From Candidatus Zixiibacteriota bacterium (GTDB taxonomy: Bacteria > Zixibacteria > MSB-5A5 > JAABVY01): a stretch of 50,727 bases of DNA. How positions within the stretch are numbered: position 1 is the first letter of the stretch; every line of letters starts with the position of its first letter. Shown here in pieces: positions 9,265-17,156 of the stretch. The stretch spans positions 1 to 50,727 of the forward strand of contig WJMC01000141.1 in assembly GCA_014728145.1 (NCBI GenBank). The letters are read 5' to 3'. The notes beneath the pieces were generated by a model that was not told where the DNA came from, ran no database searches, and worked only from the letters and a program-made list of their open reading frames with translations. The position numbers and the translations under genes are program-made.

Positions 9265-9273
9265 ATTATACAC
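9265..9273 (-). promoter_or_regulatory. candidate -10 element for the VOC gene
   Basis: Minus strand reads GTG-TATAAT (perfect -10 hexamer) 20 nt upstream of the ATG, with the AGGAG SD in between. No convincing -35 element. Confidence 0.35.
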
Positions 9274-9331
9274 TTGGCACAGAGGAAAAAATACCGCCTG
9301 GTGCGATTTACACAATCATTTTCTGACCGAA

Positions 9332-9351
9332 TTACTAAATTTTACTAAATT
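9332..9351. repeat. perfect 10-nt tandem direct repeat (TTACTAAATT x2)
   Basis: Read directly from the sequence at 9332-9341 and 9342-9351. It lies about 60-85 nt upstream of the VOC -10 element, in the divergent intergenic region. Confidence 0.7.
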
Positions 9352-9376
9352 TGTCGAATATTGCTTGAAGTAAAAA

Positions 9377-9406
9377 GAAAAGCCTGCTATTGGCGAGCAG
9401 GCTTTC
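9377..9406 (-). terminator. orphan rho-independent terminator (minus orientation)
   Basis: 10-bp stem (AAAGCCTGCT / AGCAGGCTTT) with a 7-nt loop. On the minus strand it is followed by TTCTTTTTAC. No annotated minus-strand gene lies upstream of it. Confidence 0.5.
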
Positions 9407-9587
9407 AAGGTCAGAGCCTAATGGATTGGTCACGTAACTTAGGTATCTTGTCTTTTCATAATGGTATACACACACCCTCTTTATCGGTTCCAGAAATTAA
9501 TTGTAAAACTTTCACAAAAATTACAATTTGCAAATTTCCGGCTAACATGTATCTTCATCATCATTAGAATTTGGCGATAGATAGAAT

Positions 9588-11942
9588 ATGGATAAGCAGA
9601 CACTCGACAAACTGGAATTTTCCCGAATCCGTGAGAGCCTGTCCCAAAAATGCTACTCTCCTCCCGGGCTGGCATTTTCGGAAGCGCTGTATCCGCTGAC
9701 AGATCATGATAAGATCAGTGCTGAGCTGGATGAGACCGCCCAGATGACCGAAATCCTGCGATTCGAGGAACCATTTCCGCTGGAGACAGTCGATCCGGTC
9801 GATGATTACCTATACCGCCTGAAAATCGACAACACATACCTCGATCCTTCCGAATATCGTAAGATAGCGCACTTTATAAATGTCTGCGATCGGATCAAGC
9901 GCTACTTCAGGAACAAGTCCGAAAAGTATACACTGATAACAAGTTACATTAAAGAAATCGCTTCCGCCCCCGAGATCTGTCAGAAAGTCGAAAAAGCGAT
10001 CGACCGTGATGGTGAAATCAAGGACTCCGCCTCCTCCAAACTGCGCAAGATCAGGATCGACAAGCAGGTCGTCCGCAACCGCATCCTCGACCGCCTTGAA
10101 TCGATGTTGTCAAACCGGCGGTCATCGGGCGACCGCCAGGATGATCTGGTTACAATCCGCGACGGCCGTTATGTCATTCCGGTCTCATCATCAGATTTCA
10201 CTTCCAAATCGGGTGTGGTCCACGGCCGTTCTAAATCCGGGGCTACTTTCTTTGTAGAGCCGATGCAGACGGTGGAGATGAACAACCAGTTGCGCGGGCT
10301 GTACCTCGAGGAAGAGGCTGAAATCGAGAGGATTTTGATCGATATCGGTGATTCGATCCGCGAACGATCAGACGAACTCAAAGCTAATTACCAGATTATC
10401 GGGAGAATAGATTTCCTGCATGCCAAAGCACGGCTGGCCGTGCAACTCGACTGCAACAAACCGGAACTGGCCCATAAAGCGTTGTTAGAGCTGAATCAGG
10501 CTCGTCATCCCCTGCTGATTATGGCCCATGAGGACAAGCACAAAGTGGTCCCGCTCGACCTCAGCCTGGGAGTGGACTTTAACTGTCTTGTGATTACCGG
10601 TCCCAATATGGGCGGTAAGACAGTCGCGCTGAAAACTGCCGGGCTTTTGGCACTTATGGCGCAGTCGGGCCTGTTGATACCCGCCGGAGAAAACTGCAAA
10701 GTTGGAATCTTCGACCATGTTTTTGCGGATATCGGAGATGAGCAGTCGATCGAGCTTTCACTGTCCACTTTTTCAGCGCATATCTCGCGCATAATATCAG
10801 CCATAAAAGAATGCCGTCAGAGCAGTCTGATTTTGATCGATGAGCTCGGGGCCGGAACCGACCCGGTCGAGGGCTCAGCTTTGGGTGAAGCGATCTTAAA
10901 CGAGATCCTCAGATGCCGGGGCAAGGCTGTTGTAACGACCCATTATTCGGCCCTCAAAACACTGCCTGAAAAGGACCGGCGGATTCAAAACGCCAGCCTT
11001 GAATTCAACCAGAAGACTCTCGAACCGACCTACCGGCTGAAAATCGGACTGCCGGGATCATCTTACGCGATCGAAATGGCCAAACGACTGGGTATGCCGG
11101 AAAAAGTCGTTGCCGAAGCGGTCAAACTGGTCGGAAGCCAGGAACGCAACCTGGCCGAACTGATCTCGAAGCTCCAGTCGGCAACCCAAAAGGCGGAATT
11201 TGAACGTAAAGTCATGAATGAGCAAAAGGCCGCAATTGATGAAGCCAAAACATTTTACGAGAACAAGAAAGCTGAAATAGAAAAATCTGAAAAAGAACAC
11301 AAGAAAAACGCGGAAAAAGAGGCCCGGGTGCTGGTCGAAAAAACACGCGCTGATCTCGAACGCTTGATAAAAGAGATAAAAGAAAGCCAGGCCAGCAAAA
11401 AGAGCGTCAAAAAAAGCCACGAGTACATCGACCGAAAACGTGAAGAACTGCGCGAGAAGACGACAGACTTTAAAGCCAAACCCGAGCAGTCGCTTTCTCC
11501 GGGTGACCGTGTGCTGGTCGAAAACCTTCAGGCCGAGGGCGAGCTACTCGATAAAAACGCTAACACAGGCATCTGGCGCGTTCAGGTCGGTAATCTGGTA
11601 GTCAACACCTCTGACGGGCTTTTGAAAAAACTTAAATCAAAAGAAAAAGCTCCCAAACCTCCAGCCGGGGTAAACTATGCTCCCTTTTCTGATATATCGA
11701 TGCAGATATCACTGCGCGGGATGACCTCCGATGAAGCGGTCAGCGCGCTGGAAAAATATCTCGATTCGGTCGCCCTGGCAAACCTGGAAAAAGTATATAT
11801 CCTGCACGGCAAAGGCACCGGCGCATTGCGTAAAGCGGTCCATGATTACCTCAAAACTCATCCGGCGATCGAGGATTACAGGCTCGGCTATTTCGATGAA
11901 GGTGGATCGGGTGTGACAGTGGTAAGCATGAAACAGGTATAA
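9588..11942 (+). CDS. mutS2: endonuclease MutS2
   Basis: MutS ATPase core ('GPNMGGKT', 'LILIDELGAGTDP', 'TTHY'), a long Lys/Glu coiled coil, and a C-terminal Smr domain ('LRGMTSDEAVSALEKYLD...YILHGKGTGALRKAV'). Confidence 0.9.
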   Translation: MDKQTLDKLEFSRIRESLSQKCYSPPGLAFSEALYPLTDHDKISAELDETAQMTEILRFEEPFPLETVDPVDDYLYRLKIDNTYLDPSEYRKIAHFINVCDRIKRYFRNKSEKYTLITSYIKEIASAPEICQKVEKAIDRDGEIKDSASSKLRKIRIDKQVVRNRILDRLESMLSNRRSSGDRQDDLVTIRDGRYVIPVSSSDFTSKSGVVHGRSKSGATFFVEPMQTVEMNNQLRGLYLEEEAEIERILIDIGDSIRERSDELKANYQIIGRIDFLHAKARLAVQLDCNKPELAHKALLELNQARHPLLIMAHEDKHKVVPLDLSLGVDFNCLVITGPNMGGKTVALKTAGLLALMAQSGLLIPAGENCKVGIFDHVFADIGDEQSIELSLSTFSAHISRIISAIKECRQSSLILIDELGAGTDPVEGSALGEAILNEILRCRGKAVVTTHYSALKTLPEKDRRIQNASLEFNQKTLEPTYRLKIGLPGSSYAIEMAKRLGMPEKVVAEAVKLVGSQERNLAELISKLQSATQKAEFERKVMNEQKAAIDEAKTFYENKKAEIEKSEKEHKKNAEKEARVLVEKTRADLERLIKEIKESQASKKSVKKSHEYIDRKREELREKTTDFKAKPEQSLSPGDRVLVENLQAEGELLDKNANTGIWRVQVGNLVVNTSDGLLKKLKSKEKAPKPPAGVNYAPFSDISMQISLRGMTSDEAVSALEKYLDSVALANLEKVYILHGKGTGALRKAVHDYLKTHPAIEDYRLGYFDEGGSGVTVVSMKQV

Positions 11943-11948
11943 CCGCCC

Positions 11949-12905
11949 TCACAAAAGAGCTTTTAAATCACTGTAACTGACACGGATTATGTCGTTGTCT
12001 TCTATAATCCTGGAGAAATCATCCGAAACCAGAAACTGGTAATCCCAGATCCTGACAGCATTGTAATCAAGGTTTTTTCTTTCGCTGTACTGATGATTCA
12101 GTGCACGAAAATCATCGCTGTCGTAAGTTGGGTGAAAATAAAGCTCGGTCACCCCGGCCGGCAGGTTCTCGAGCATAAACTTGTATATCGCCAGCCTCTC
12201 ATTCTTTCTCGGGGTGAGCGACATCGGAATGTACACCAGGTTGTCGGTAAAGATAAGCCCCATTTGAAGAGCCCGTTTGAGTAGCTCTCCCGGAAGATTC
12301 ATGAGCTCGGCCAGAGCCATGGAACCAAGCCTCACAGGAAGCTTTAACTTATACGCCATATCCATATACAATTCAACAAGATCAGTGTGCAACTGAAGTG
12401 CGCCCATATGGGTGTCGAGATGATCTATCTCAAGTCCGGTTTCAGCAATTTTCTCGTATTGCGCAAGGCACTCCGACTTGACCTCAGCCAGCTTAAAACT
12501 GTCATACAAGTCGGTAATTTCATTATATAACCCCCCCTCGCCATTAAGAAGCGATGGGATCCGATCGATGGGCATAAGAGGGCGAATGATATCCCCTTCC
12601 CATTCCGAGGTCAGGCTGAAATGAACTCCGGTCGGTTTGTGTAGTCTTTTGAGTAACTCGACCGCGTGATCGAATTCCCGGGCTCCGGCAATCAGGGAGA
12701 CTGAATCGAGGCGTCCGGTTTCAAGCAGATTTGCAACTGCGCTGTTGGTCCCATGACAGATTCCCATGTCATCAGCATTGACTATAACAACTTTGCTACC
12801 CGGATCGAAACCGAGCATTTCAGTTAAAGTCACTGCCCGCTCGGATCCGCGCAGGGGTGGCGGTGAGTAGATCTTAAGCAAATCATCATGGCTTTCGAAT
12901 CGCAT
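11949..12905 (-). CDS. YdjC/ChbG-like carbohydrate deacetylase family protein
   Basis: 'VVIVNADDMGICHGTNSAV' (metal-binding Asp region) and 'HLDTHMG' fit the YdjC-like fold. Confidence 0.7.
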   Translation of the reverse strand: MRFESHDDLLKIYSPPPLRGSERAVTLTEMLGFDPGSKVVIVNADDMGICHGTNSAVANLLETGRLDSVSLIAGAREFDHAVELLKRLHKPTGVHFSLTSEWEGDIIRPLMPIDRIPSLLNGEGGLYNEITDLYDSFKLAEVKSECLAQYEKIAETGLEIDHLDTHMGALQLHTDLVELYMDMAYKLKLPVRLGSMALAELMNLPGELLKRALQMGLIFTDNLVYIPMSLTPRKNERLAIYKFMLENLPAGVTELYFHPTYDSDDFRALNHQYSERKNLDYNAVRIWDYQFLVSDDFSRIIEDNDIIRVSYSDLKALL

Positions 12906-12911
12906 TCAGAC

Positions 12912-12940
12912 AATTAGCTCAGTTCCCGACGTTCAGTCAA
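12912..12940 (-). promoter_or_regulatory. candidate sigma-70 promoter abutting the YdjC-like start codon
   Basis: Minus strand reads TTGACT-N17-CTAATT, then 6 nt, then ATG. There is no SD sequence, so the mRNA would be leaderless. The -10 element is weak. Confidence 0.3.
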
Positions 12941-12990
12941 CAACATCTTATGTGAACAGAATTTTTTAGATGATTTTGGATAAAAAAAGA

Positions 12991-13060
12991 TGGGAGTGGT
13001 GGAGGGGGGACGCCCGACTCTAACGTCAGGTGGCTGGTTACCCAGCACGCACCACTCCCA
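12991..13060. other. 70-nt structured element (11-bp closing stem enclosing two small hairpins), flanked by A7 and T5 tracts
   Basis: TGGGAGTGGTG (12991-13001) pairs perfectly with CACCACTCCCA (13050-13060). Inside are GAG-GGG..CCC-CTC and GCTGG-ttac-CCAGC hairpins. On the minus strand the element is followed by TCTTTTTTTAT, so it may be a terminator or attenuator. It could also be the 3' end of an unknown RNA. Confidence 0.35.
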
Positions 13061-13417
13061 AATTTTTCAGTAGGAGCTTTCGATCTTTCACAGTGAAACA
13101 TCGCAAATAGTATGCCTCAAACTCAGTTTAGTCTGGATTTTTAGGTTCGAGCTGGCGGTTCAGGGATGTATTTGTATCTTGTTCCAGGGCTTAAACTTAC
13201 AACCACAATTAAGCCCTTACATATAGATTCCCGGTAATTTATACGATTCTACTCATGAAATAAGTTGACAATCCGGCAGTAATTTTATAGAAAAGCGCAT
13301 AATTTTTCACATATCGTTAAGCCGTTCAGGGTTTCTGACTCGCAAACTAATCCGAAACAATAAAAACCCTCGTTACAGGTCGAATTTTATCGATTTAATC
13401 GAGTTTTACATGTTTTT

Positions 13418-14659
13418 TCAGCAATCTGCTTCTCCGTCGCCGTCGCTGTCACAGGGTTGATTACCACCCGCAAATGAGTAGTTGATAATATAGACCGCAT
13501 CGGAAACATCGACAGAACTGTCACAGTTAGCATCACCTGACTCAATCGGATCTGGCGGAGTTCCGCCCGCAAAAGCGAAATTGATGATATAGACGGCGTC
13601 GGAGACATCGACGCTCTCATCTGAGTTGGCATCACCGCAAACATAGTCAGGCTCAGGTTCGACGACATTGACCGCCATTGAAAGCGGACCGTCGCCGACC
13701 GGATAGGCATTGTAAATTGTCCCGGCCGAATCGAGCTCAGTGATATAATCGGCATAGAAATTAGCCGTAAAGATCGTGCTGTCTGTGGCGGGAACGACCG
13801 AGATAACTCCGGTTGAGGTCAGAAGCGGATTGTTCTCGTCATGCAGCATCTGGTTGGAGTGGGCATCGAATGTGAAGACCTGCCCGTTTCCGAACCATCC
13901 CCCCCCCGCCAGAAAACCGCTGTGACCGGAAACGACAGCGATATCATTGGGAGTGTTGGCGACAGAGGCGCAGTAAAATGAATCCACGACCGTGAGATTT
14001 GTGGAATCGACCACATAGATATAGGCAGGAATATCGACATAATTTCCCGAACAGAGGACATACAGTTCACCATCGGAATCGAGCGCCAGATCCTGCGGGT
14101 TTTTACCTATATTAACCTGGACCAAAATCGAATCGCCAGAATTATCCCATTTTGCCAGGCGCCCCTGACCATAAGTTGTATCAGCTGGATCAAACTCATT
14201 TAGCGTGATAAAACTGCTGTTTTCTGAGACCAGTATCCCCTGGGGCCTGAGACCGATCGGGTAACTTTCGAGAAGTACATGGTTTTTTGTATCGACTTTG
14301 CTCAGGGTATTGGCCACGAAGTTAGTAACCAGCATCAGGCTGTCGTCGATGAATGCGCCGTACCACGGATTAGTTCCGGAACCGAGGTCGATCTCGGCAA
14401 TCAGGCTGTCATTTTCAAGCGCTATGATATACAAATCAGCCGAGGTCGAATTGATCACGTAAGCGAAATTATCTCTGCAAATCACCTGGTTCGGCACAAG
14501 ACCGAGCTGGATGAAATCATTGTCGACCTGTCCGGTTTCGAGATCGATACGCGAAAGCGTTTCAGCAGTACCGTTTACTACGATCAACTCGTTGGCCGAA
14601 GAAGAAACCGAAACCAGCGATAACAATATTAGTGCCGTACATGAAATTTTAAGTATCAT
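13418..14659 (-). CDS. exported YVTN/YncE-like beta-propeller protein with two C-terminal dockerin-type repeats
   Basis: Signal peptide 'MILKISCTALILLSLVSVSSSA'. About 7 blade-like repeats ('LIVVNGTAETLSRIDLETGQV', 'AYVINSTSADLYIIALEND', 'LMLVTNFVANTLSKVDTKN', 'LYVLCSGN..YIYVVDSTNLTV'...). The C-terminal 'GDANxDxSVDVSDAVYIIN' motif occurs twice. The start overlaps the receptor stop (ATGA). Confidence 0.6.
   Translation of the reverse strand: MILKISCTALILLSLVSVSSSANELIVVNGTAETLSRIDLETGQVDNDFIQLGLVPNQVICRDNFAYVINSTSADLYIIALENDSLIAEIDLGSGTNPWYGAFIDDSLMLVTNFVANTLSKVDTKNHVLLESYPIGLRPQGILVSENSSFITLNEFDPADTTYGQGRLAKWDNSGDSILVQVNIGKNPQDLALDSDGELYVLCSGNYVDIPAYIYVVDSTNLTVVDSFYCASVANTPNDIAVVSGHSGFLAGGGWFGNGQVFTFDAHSNQMLHDENNPLLTSTGVISVVPATDSTIFTANFYADYITELDSAGTIYNAYPVGDGPLSMAVNVVEPEPDYVCGDANSDESVDVSDAVYIINFAFAGGTPPDPIESGDANCDSSVDVSDAVYIINYSFAGGNQPCDSDGDGEADC
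13463..13636 (-). repeat. in-frame duplicated dockerin-type Ca-binding module (2 x 25 aa, 8-aa linker)
   Basis: 'GDANSDESVDVSDAVYIINFAFAGG' (13562-13636) and 'GDANCDSSVDVSDAVYIINYSFAGG' (13463-13537), with a 96-nt period. Confidence 0.75.
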
Positions 14660-16887
14660 TGTTTTTCTCCCTTATTTAGATCACAGGTGAGATTGATTCC
14701 GAGCGAATAATTTCGGCCCGGAAGTGGATAGCGTTCGAGTAACTCGTAGCTTTCGGAGAAGACATTGTTCGCAGAAGCTTCGAACTGTATTGTAAAGATA
14801 TAGACTTCCTGCTTAATCCCGATTGTCAGATCGGTCAGATTGTATGGATCAAGCGATTTGGTGTTGGCACGACGGCTGTACCGTTTGGACACCCATCGAT
14901 TTTCGATTGACAAAAATATACTGCCCGGGGTCAGGGTGTAGCTTAAGTCAACCATCCGGCGCGGATAAAAGACCAGATCGTTGTCATGATAGTTCGATTC
15001 CCAACTGCGATCCTGAGGGTCACACATTGTCAACGCGAAACAGATCTGCCCCAGGTCGCTTAGAAGTTTCCAGCGCAGGTTGAAGCTGACATTTTCGACC
15101 ACGGCAGAGGAGAGGTTGCGCGGGAAGAATTTCCCGTCAAAGCGACGGGTCCAGTAGATCAGGTCGCGAATATAGCGATGTTCATACTCGATACCGAACC
15201 GCCATATCCCGCCCCACATGAAATCGTAATCGAGACCGCTTTTAAATATTTCCGCCTTCTCCGGTTTCAGGTTCGGGTTGCCGACTGAAAAGGCATCTTC
15301 TCCCCAGAATAGTGAAGCATAAGTCGGCGCGCGATAAGTATTGGAATAAGATGCGAACAGACTGAATCCACTTAATGCACCTCCATCCAGGCTGACCCTG
15401 CAAAACGGCGATGTCAGGGGCTGGTTCAGGCGGGAAACTGTCTGTGAAAGACCGAGATGAATGTGGATATCCTCGAAGACCTGATTGCGCGGTAAATCGA
15501 AACGGCTGTCGTAACCTAAACTTAAACTACCACGATTCTCTTCAACAGATAAGGGTGCCTGGTCGGTTTTAACCATATTGGTCTGCCGGAATCGATTGAA
15601 CTCACTTTCCATTCTTGTGTTGATCTGATGATCGACCGACAGAAGAAAACTGTTTTCCAGATAGACATTTACACGGCTGTCACGGTACTTGCTGTCGTAT
15701 GGAATAAATGAGTCATGGTCAGCATAATGCTGATGCGAAAGCAGGTAAGTGCCCCCGCCCATGATTTGCCAGCAGGGTTTGAGTTTGAAATTACCTGCAA
15801 GCATAAAGCGACGATCCGACTCCGATTTTCCGGCAGTCTCGGTCAATTCATAGACCGCACCCGGAAGACCCGCCTGCGAGGCAACTTCCGAAAAAGTCAG
15901 CCTCAGGTCACCACGGTTTTGGAGCATATAATCCAAATTAACGTAAAAAGCAGTGCTCTGGCGGTGATTATTCGAGCGTTTTACTTTCCCCTCTTTGGGA
16001 TCATCATAATTGAAATCATTGGAAGAGGTTGTTCGAGAAAAAAGCGCTTTTACTGACAGCGATGAATTGAAGCGATGTTCGAAATCCATGCCGGTCGAAG
16101 TGTAGGAATAACTGCCAAATTCCTGCCTCAACGAACTCTTTTCCGTATTTGAGTTCCGGCGTGTTATAATATTAACGGTACCCGCTAATCCCCCCGCTCC
16201 CATAGCTGAACCGGACCCATCGGTGTAAATCTCAATTTTTTCGACTATCTGCTTGGGGATTCTGTTTAGGTCGACCTCCCCGGTCAAGCGGGAATTGAGC
16301 GCTACACCATCGATAAAAACAGCGGTCTGTCTGGCAGGTGCTCCGCCGATTGAAATAGAGGCCGACTGACCGGAAGCCCCCGACGACAGCATCATAACGC
16401 CCGCAACATTATCGAGCAGGTCAGCAAGATTTCCCGCCTTTTTGAATTCGGGACTGTCCGAAGATAAAACTATTTTCCCGGCATGATCCGGATCGTAATC
16501 AGAAACAACAACCTGGTCTGACTGGGAATAGAGATGTTTAACGAGCACGACATGATGGCAGATGCTGTTTCCGGGCGAGAGCCTGATCTCATTCGACTCA
16601 TGGCTGTAATATCCCTCGGCGCGCACAATCAGGACAGCTTTCTCGATTCCCGATGTATGGAAACTGTACTGGCCGTTTTGGTCCGTAAACACACTTAACC
16701 CGTCGGGTGAAAGAATCACCTCGGCGGAGACAACCGGCTGGCCGCTTCCATGTTCGCTGACCCGGCCGTAGAGCGATATATCAGGATCCGCCATTACTGA
16801 AGCATACAAAATAAATAGAAACAATGCTGAAAAGGCCGGGATGCCGAATGGATTCGGGGAGCAGTAAGGTCGTTTGCAGGAGGACAT
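14656..16887 (-). CDS. TonB-dependent receptor, probable corrinoid (BtuB-like) transporter with an N-terminal carboxypeptidase-regulatory-like domain
   Basis: N-terminal 'GRVSEHGSGQPVVSAEVILSPDGLSVFTDQNGQYSF', plug domain 'LADLLDNVAGVMMLSSGASGQSASISIGG..ARQTAVFIDGVALN', and a long beta-barrel ending 'GRNYSLGINL'. It lies directly downstream of a cobalamin riboswitch. Confidence 0.8.
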   Translation of the reverse strand: MSSCKRPYCSPNPFGIPAFSALFLFILYASVMADPDISLYGRVSEHGSGQPVVSAEVILSPDGLSVFTDQNGQYSFHTSGIEKAVLIVRAEGYYSHESNEIRLSPGNSICHHVVLVKHLYSQSDQVVVSDYDPDHAGKIVLSSDSPEFKKAGNLADLLDNVAGVMMLSSGASGQSASISIGGAPARQTAVFIDGVALNSRLTGEVDLNRIPKQIVEKIEIYTDGSGSAMGAGGLAGTVNIITRRNSNTEKSSLRQEFGSYSYTSTGMDFEHRFNSSLSVKALFSRTTSSNDFNYDDPKEGKVKRSNNHRQSTAFYVNLDYMLQNRGDLRLTFSEVASQAGLPGAVYELTETAGKSESDRRFMLAGNFKLKPCWQIMGGGTYLLSHQHYADHDSFIPYDSKYRDSRVNVYLENSFLLSVDHQINTRMESEFNRFRQTNMVKTDQAPLSVEENRGSLSLGYDSRFDLPRNQVFEDIHIHLGLSQTVSRLNQPLTSPFCRVSLDGGALSGFSLFASYSNTYRAPTYASLFWGEDAFSVGNPNLKPEKAEIFKSGLDYDFMWGGIWRFGIEYEHRYIRDLIYWTRRFDGKFFPRNLSSAVVENVSFNLRWKLLSDLGQICFALTMCDPQDRSWESNYHDNDLVFYPRRMVDLSYTLTPGSIFLSIENRWVSKRYSRRANTKSLDPYNLTDLTIGIKQEVYIFTIQFEASANNVFSESYELLERYPLPGRNYSLGINLTCDLNKGEKQ

Positions 16888-16929
16888 GATTAAACTCTCC
16901 TCGCCCGCGCAAGGTTGAAGTTCAAACCA

Positions 16930-17097
16930 TCCGGCAGGTCTCCTGACTTCACGGTTTCGAACCCGAAACCCGACCTTCCCATCATATCTGACAGTGGTGT
17001 TATCACATTTTCGTGATAGCAGGTTTCAGTAACCGCATACAGTAGCGGGGCTGTGACGGATTCTCACCGCCTTCCCTGTTAGGCTGCATGCACCGGA
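16930..17097 (-). promoter_or_regulatory. cobalamin (B12) riboswitch aptamer
   Basis: The minus strand contains 'AACAGGGAAGGCGGTGAGAATCCGTCACAGCCCCGCTACTGTA', 'ACCACTGTCAGATATGATGGGAAGG' and the B12 box 'AAGTCAGGAGACCTGCCGG'. P1 is closed by TCCGG (17093-17097) pairing with CCGGA (16930-16934). The start codon lies 42 nt downstream. Confidence 0.85.
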
Positions 17098-17111
17098 CAA
17101 TTGTCGAATTT

Positions 17112-17145
17112 AATTTAAAGATATGGTTCATGAAGTCAAAGTCAA
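17112..17145 (-). promoter_or_regulatory. candidate sigma-70 promoter for the riboswitch-receptor operon
   Basis: Minus strand reads TTGACTTTGACT (tandem -35 hexamers), N16, then TAAATT. The predicted TSS is about 8 nt before the riboswitch P1. Confidence 0.35.
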
Positions 17146-17156
17146 GCAAAAACAAA

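Noticed and set aside
9481-9488. Minus-strand 'ACCGATAA' as a sigma-28 -10 box for the putative sRNA
   Set aside because: There is no TAAA at N14-N16 upstream, and the first position is mismatched. A TACAAT hexamer nearby is a simpler candidate.
11943-11948. Convergent mutS2 and YdjC-like genes separated by only 6 nt with no terminator
   Set aside because: No stable hairpin spans the gene ends (only a 5-bp AAAAG/CTTTT pairing). This is probably just compact convergent genes, with nothing further to test from sequence.
12906-13417. Looked for a housekeeping ncRNA (RNase P RNA, tmRNA, SRP RNA, 6S) in the long ORF-free gap. 'TGGTGGAGGGGGGACG' briefly looked like the reverse complement of a tRNA-like ...CCTCCACCA 3' end.
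   Set aside because: There is no GGAAAGTCC-type RNase P motif, and no T-arm (TTCRA loop) ahead of the putative acceptor end. There is no GGAAGCAGC/GNAR SRP domain-IV motif either. I report only an unclassified hairpin.
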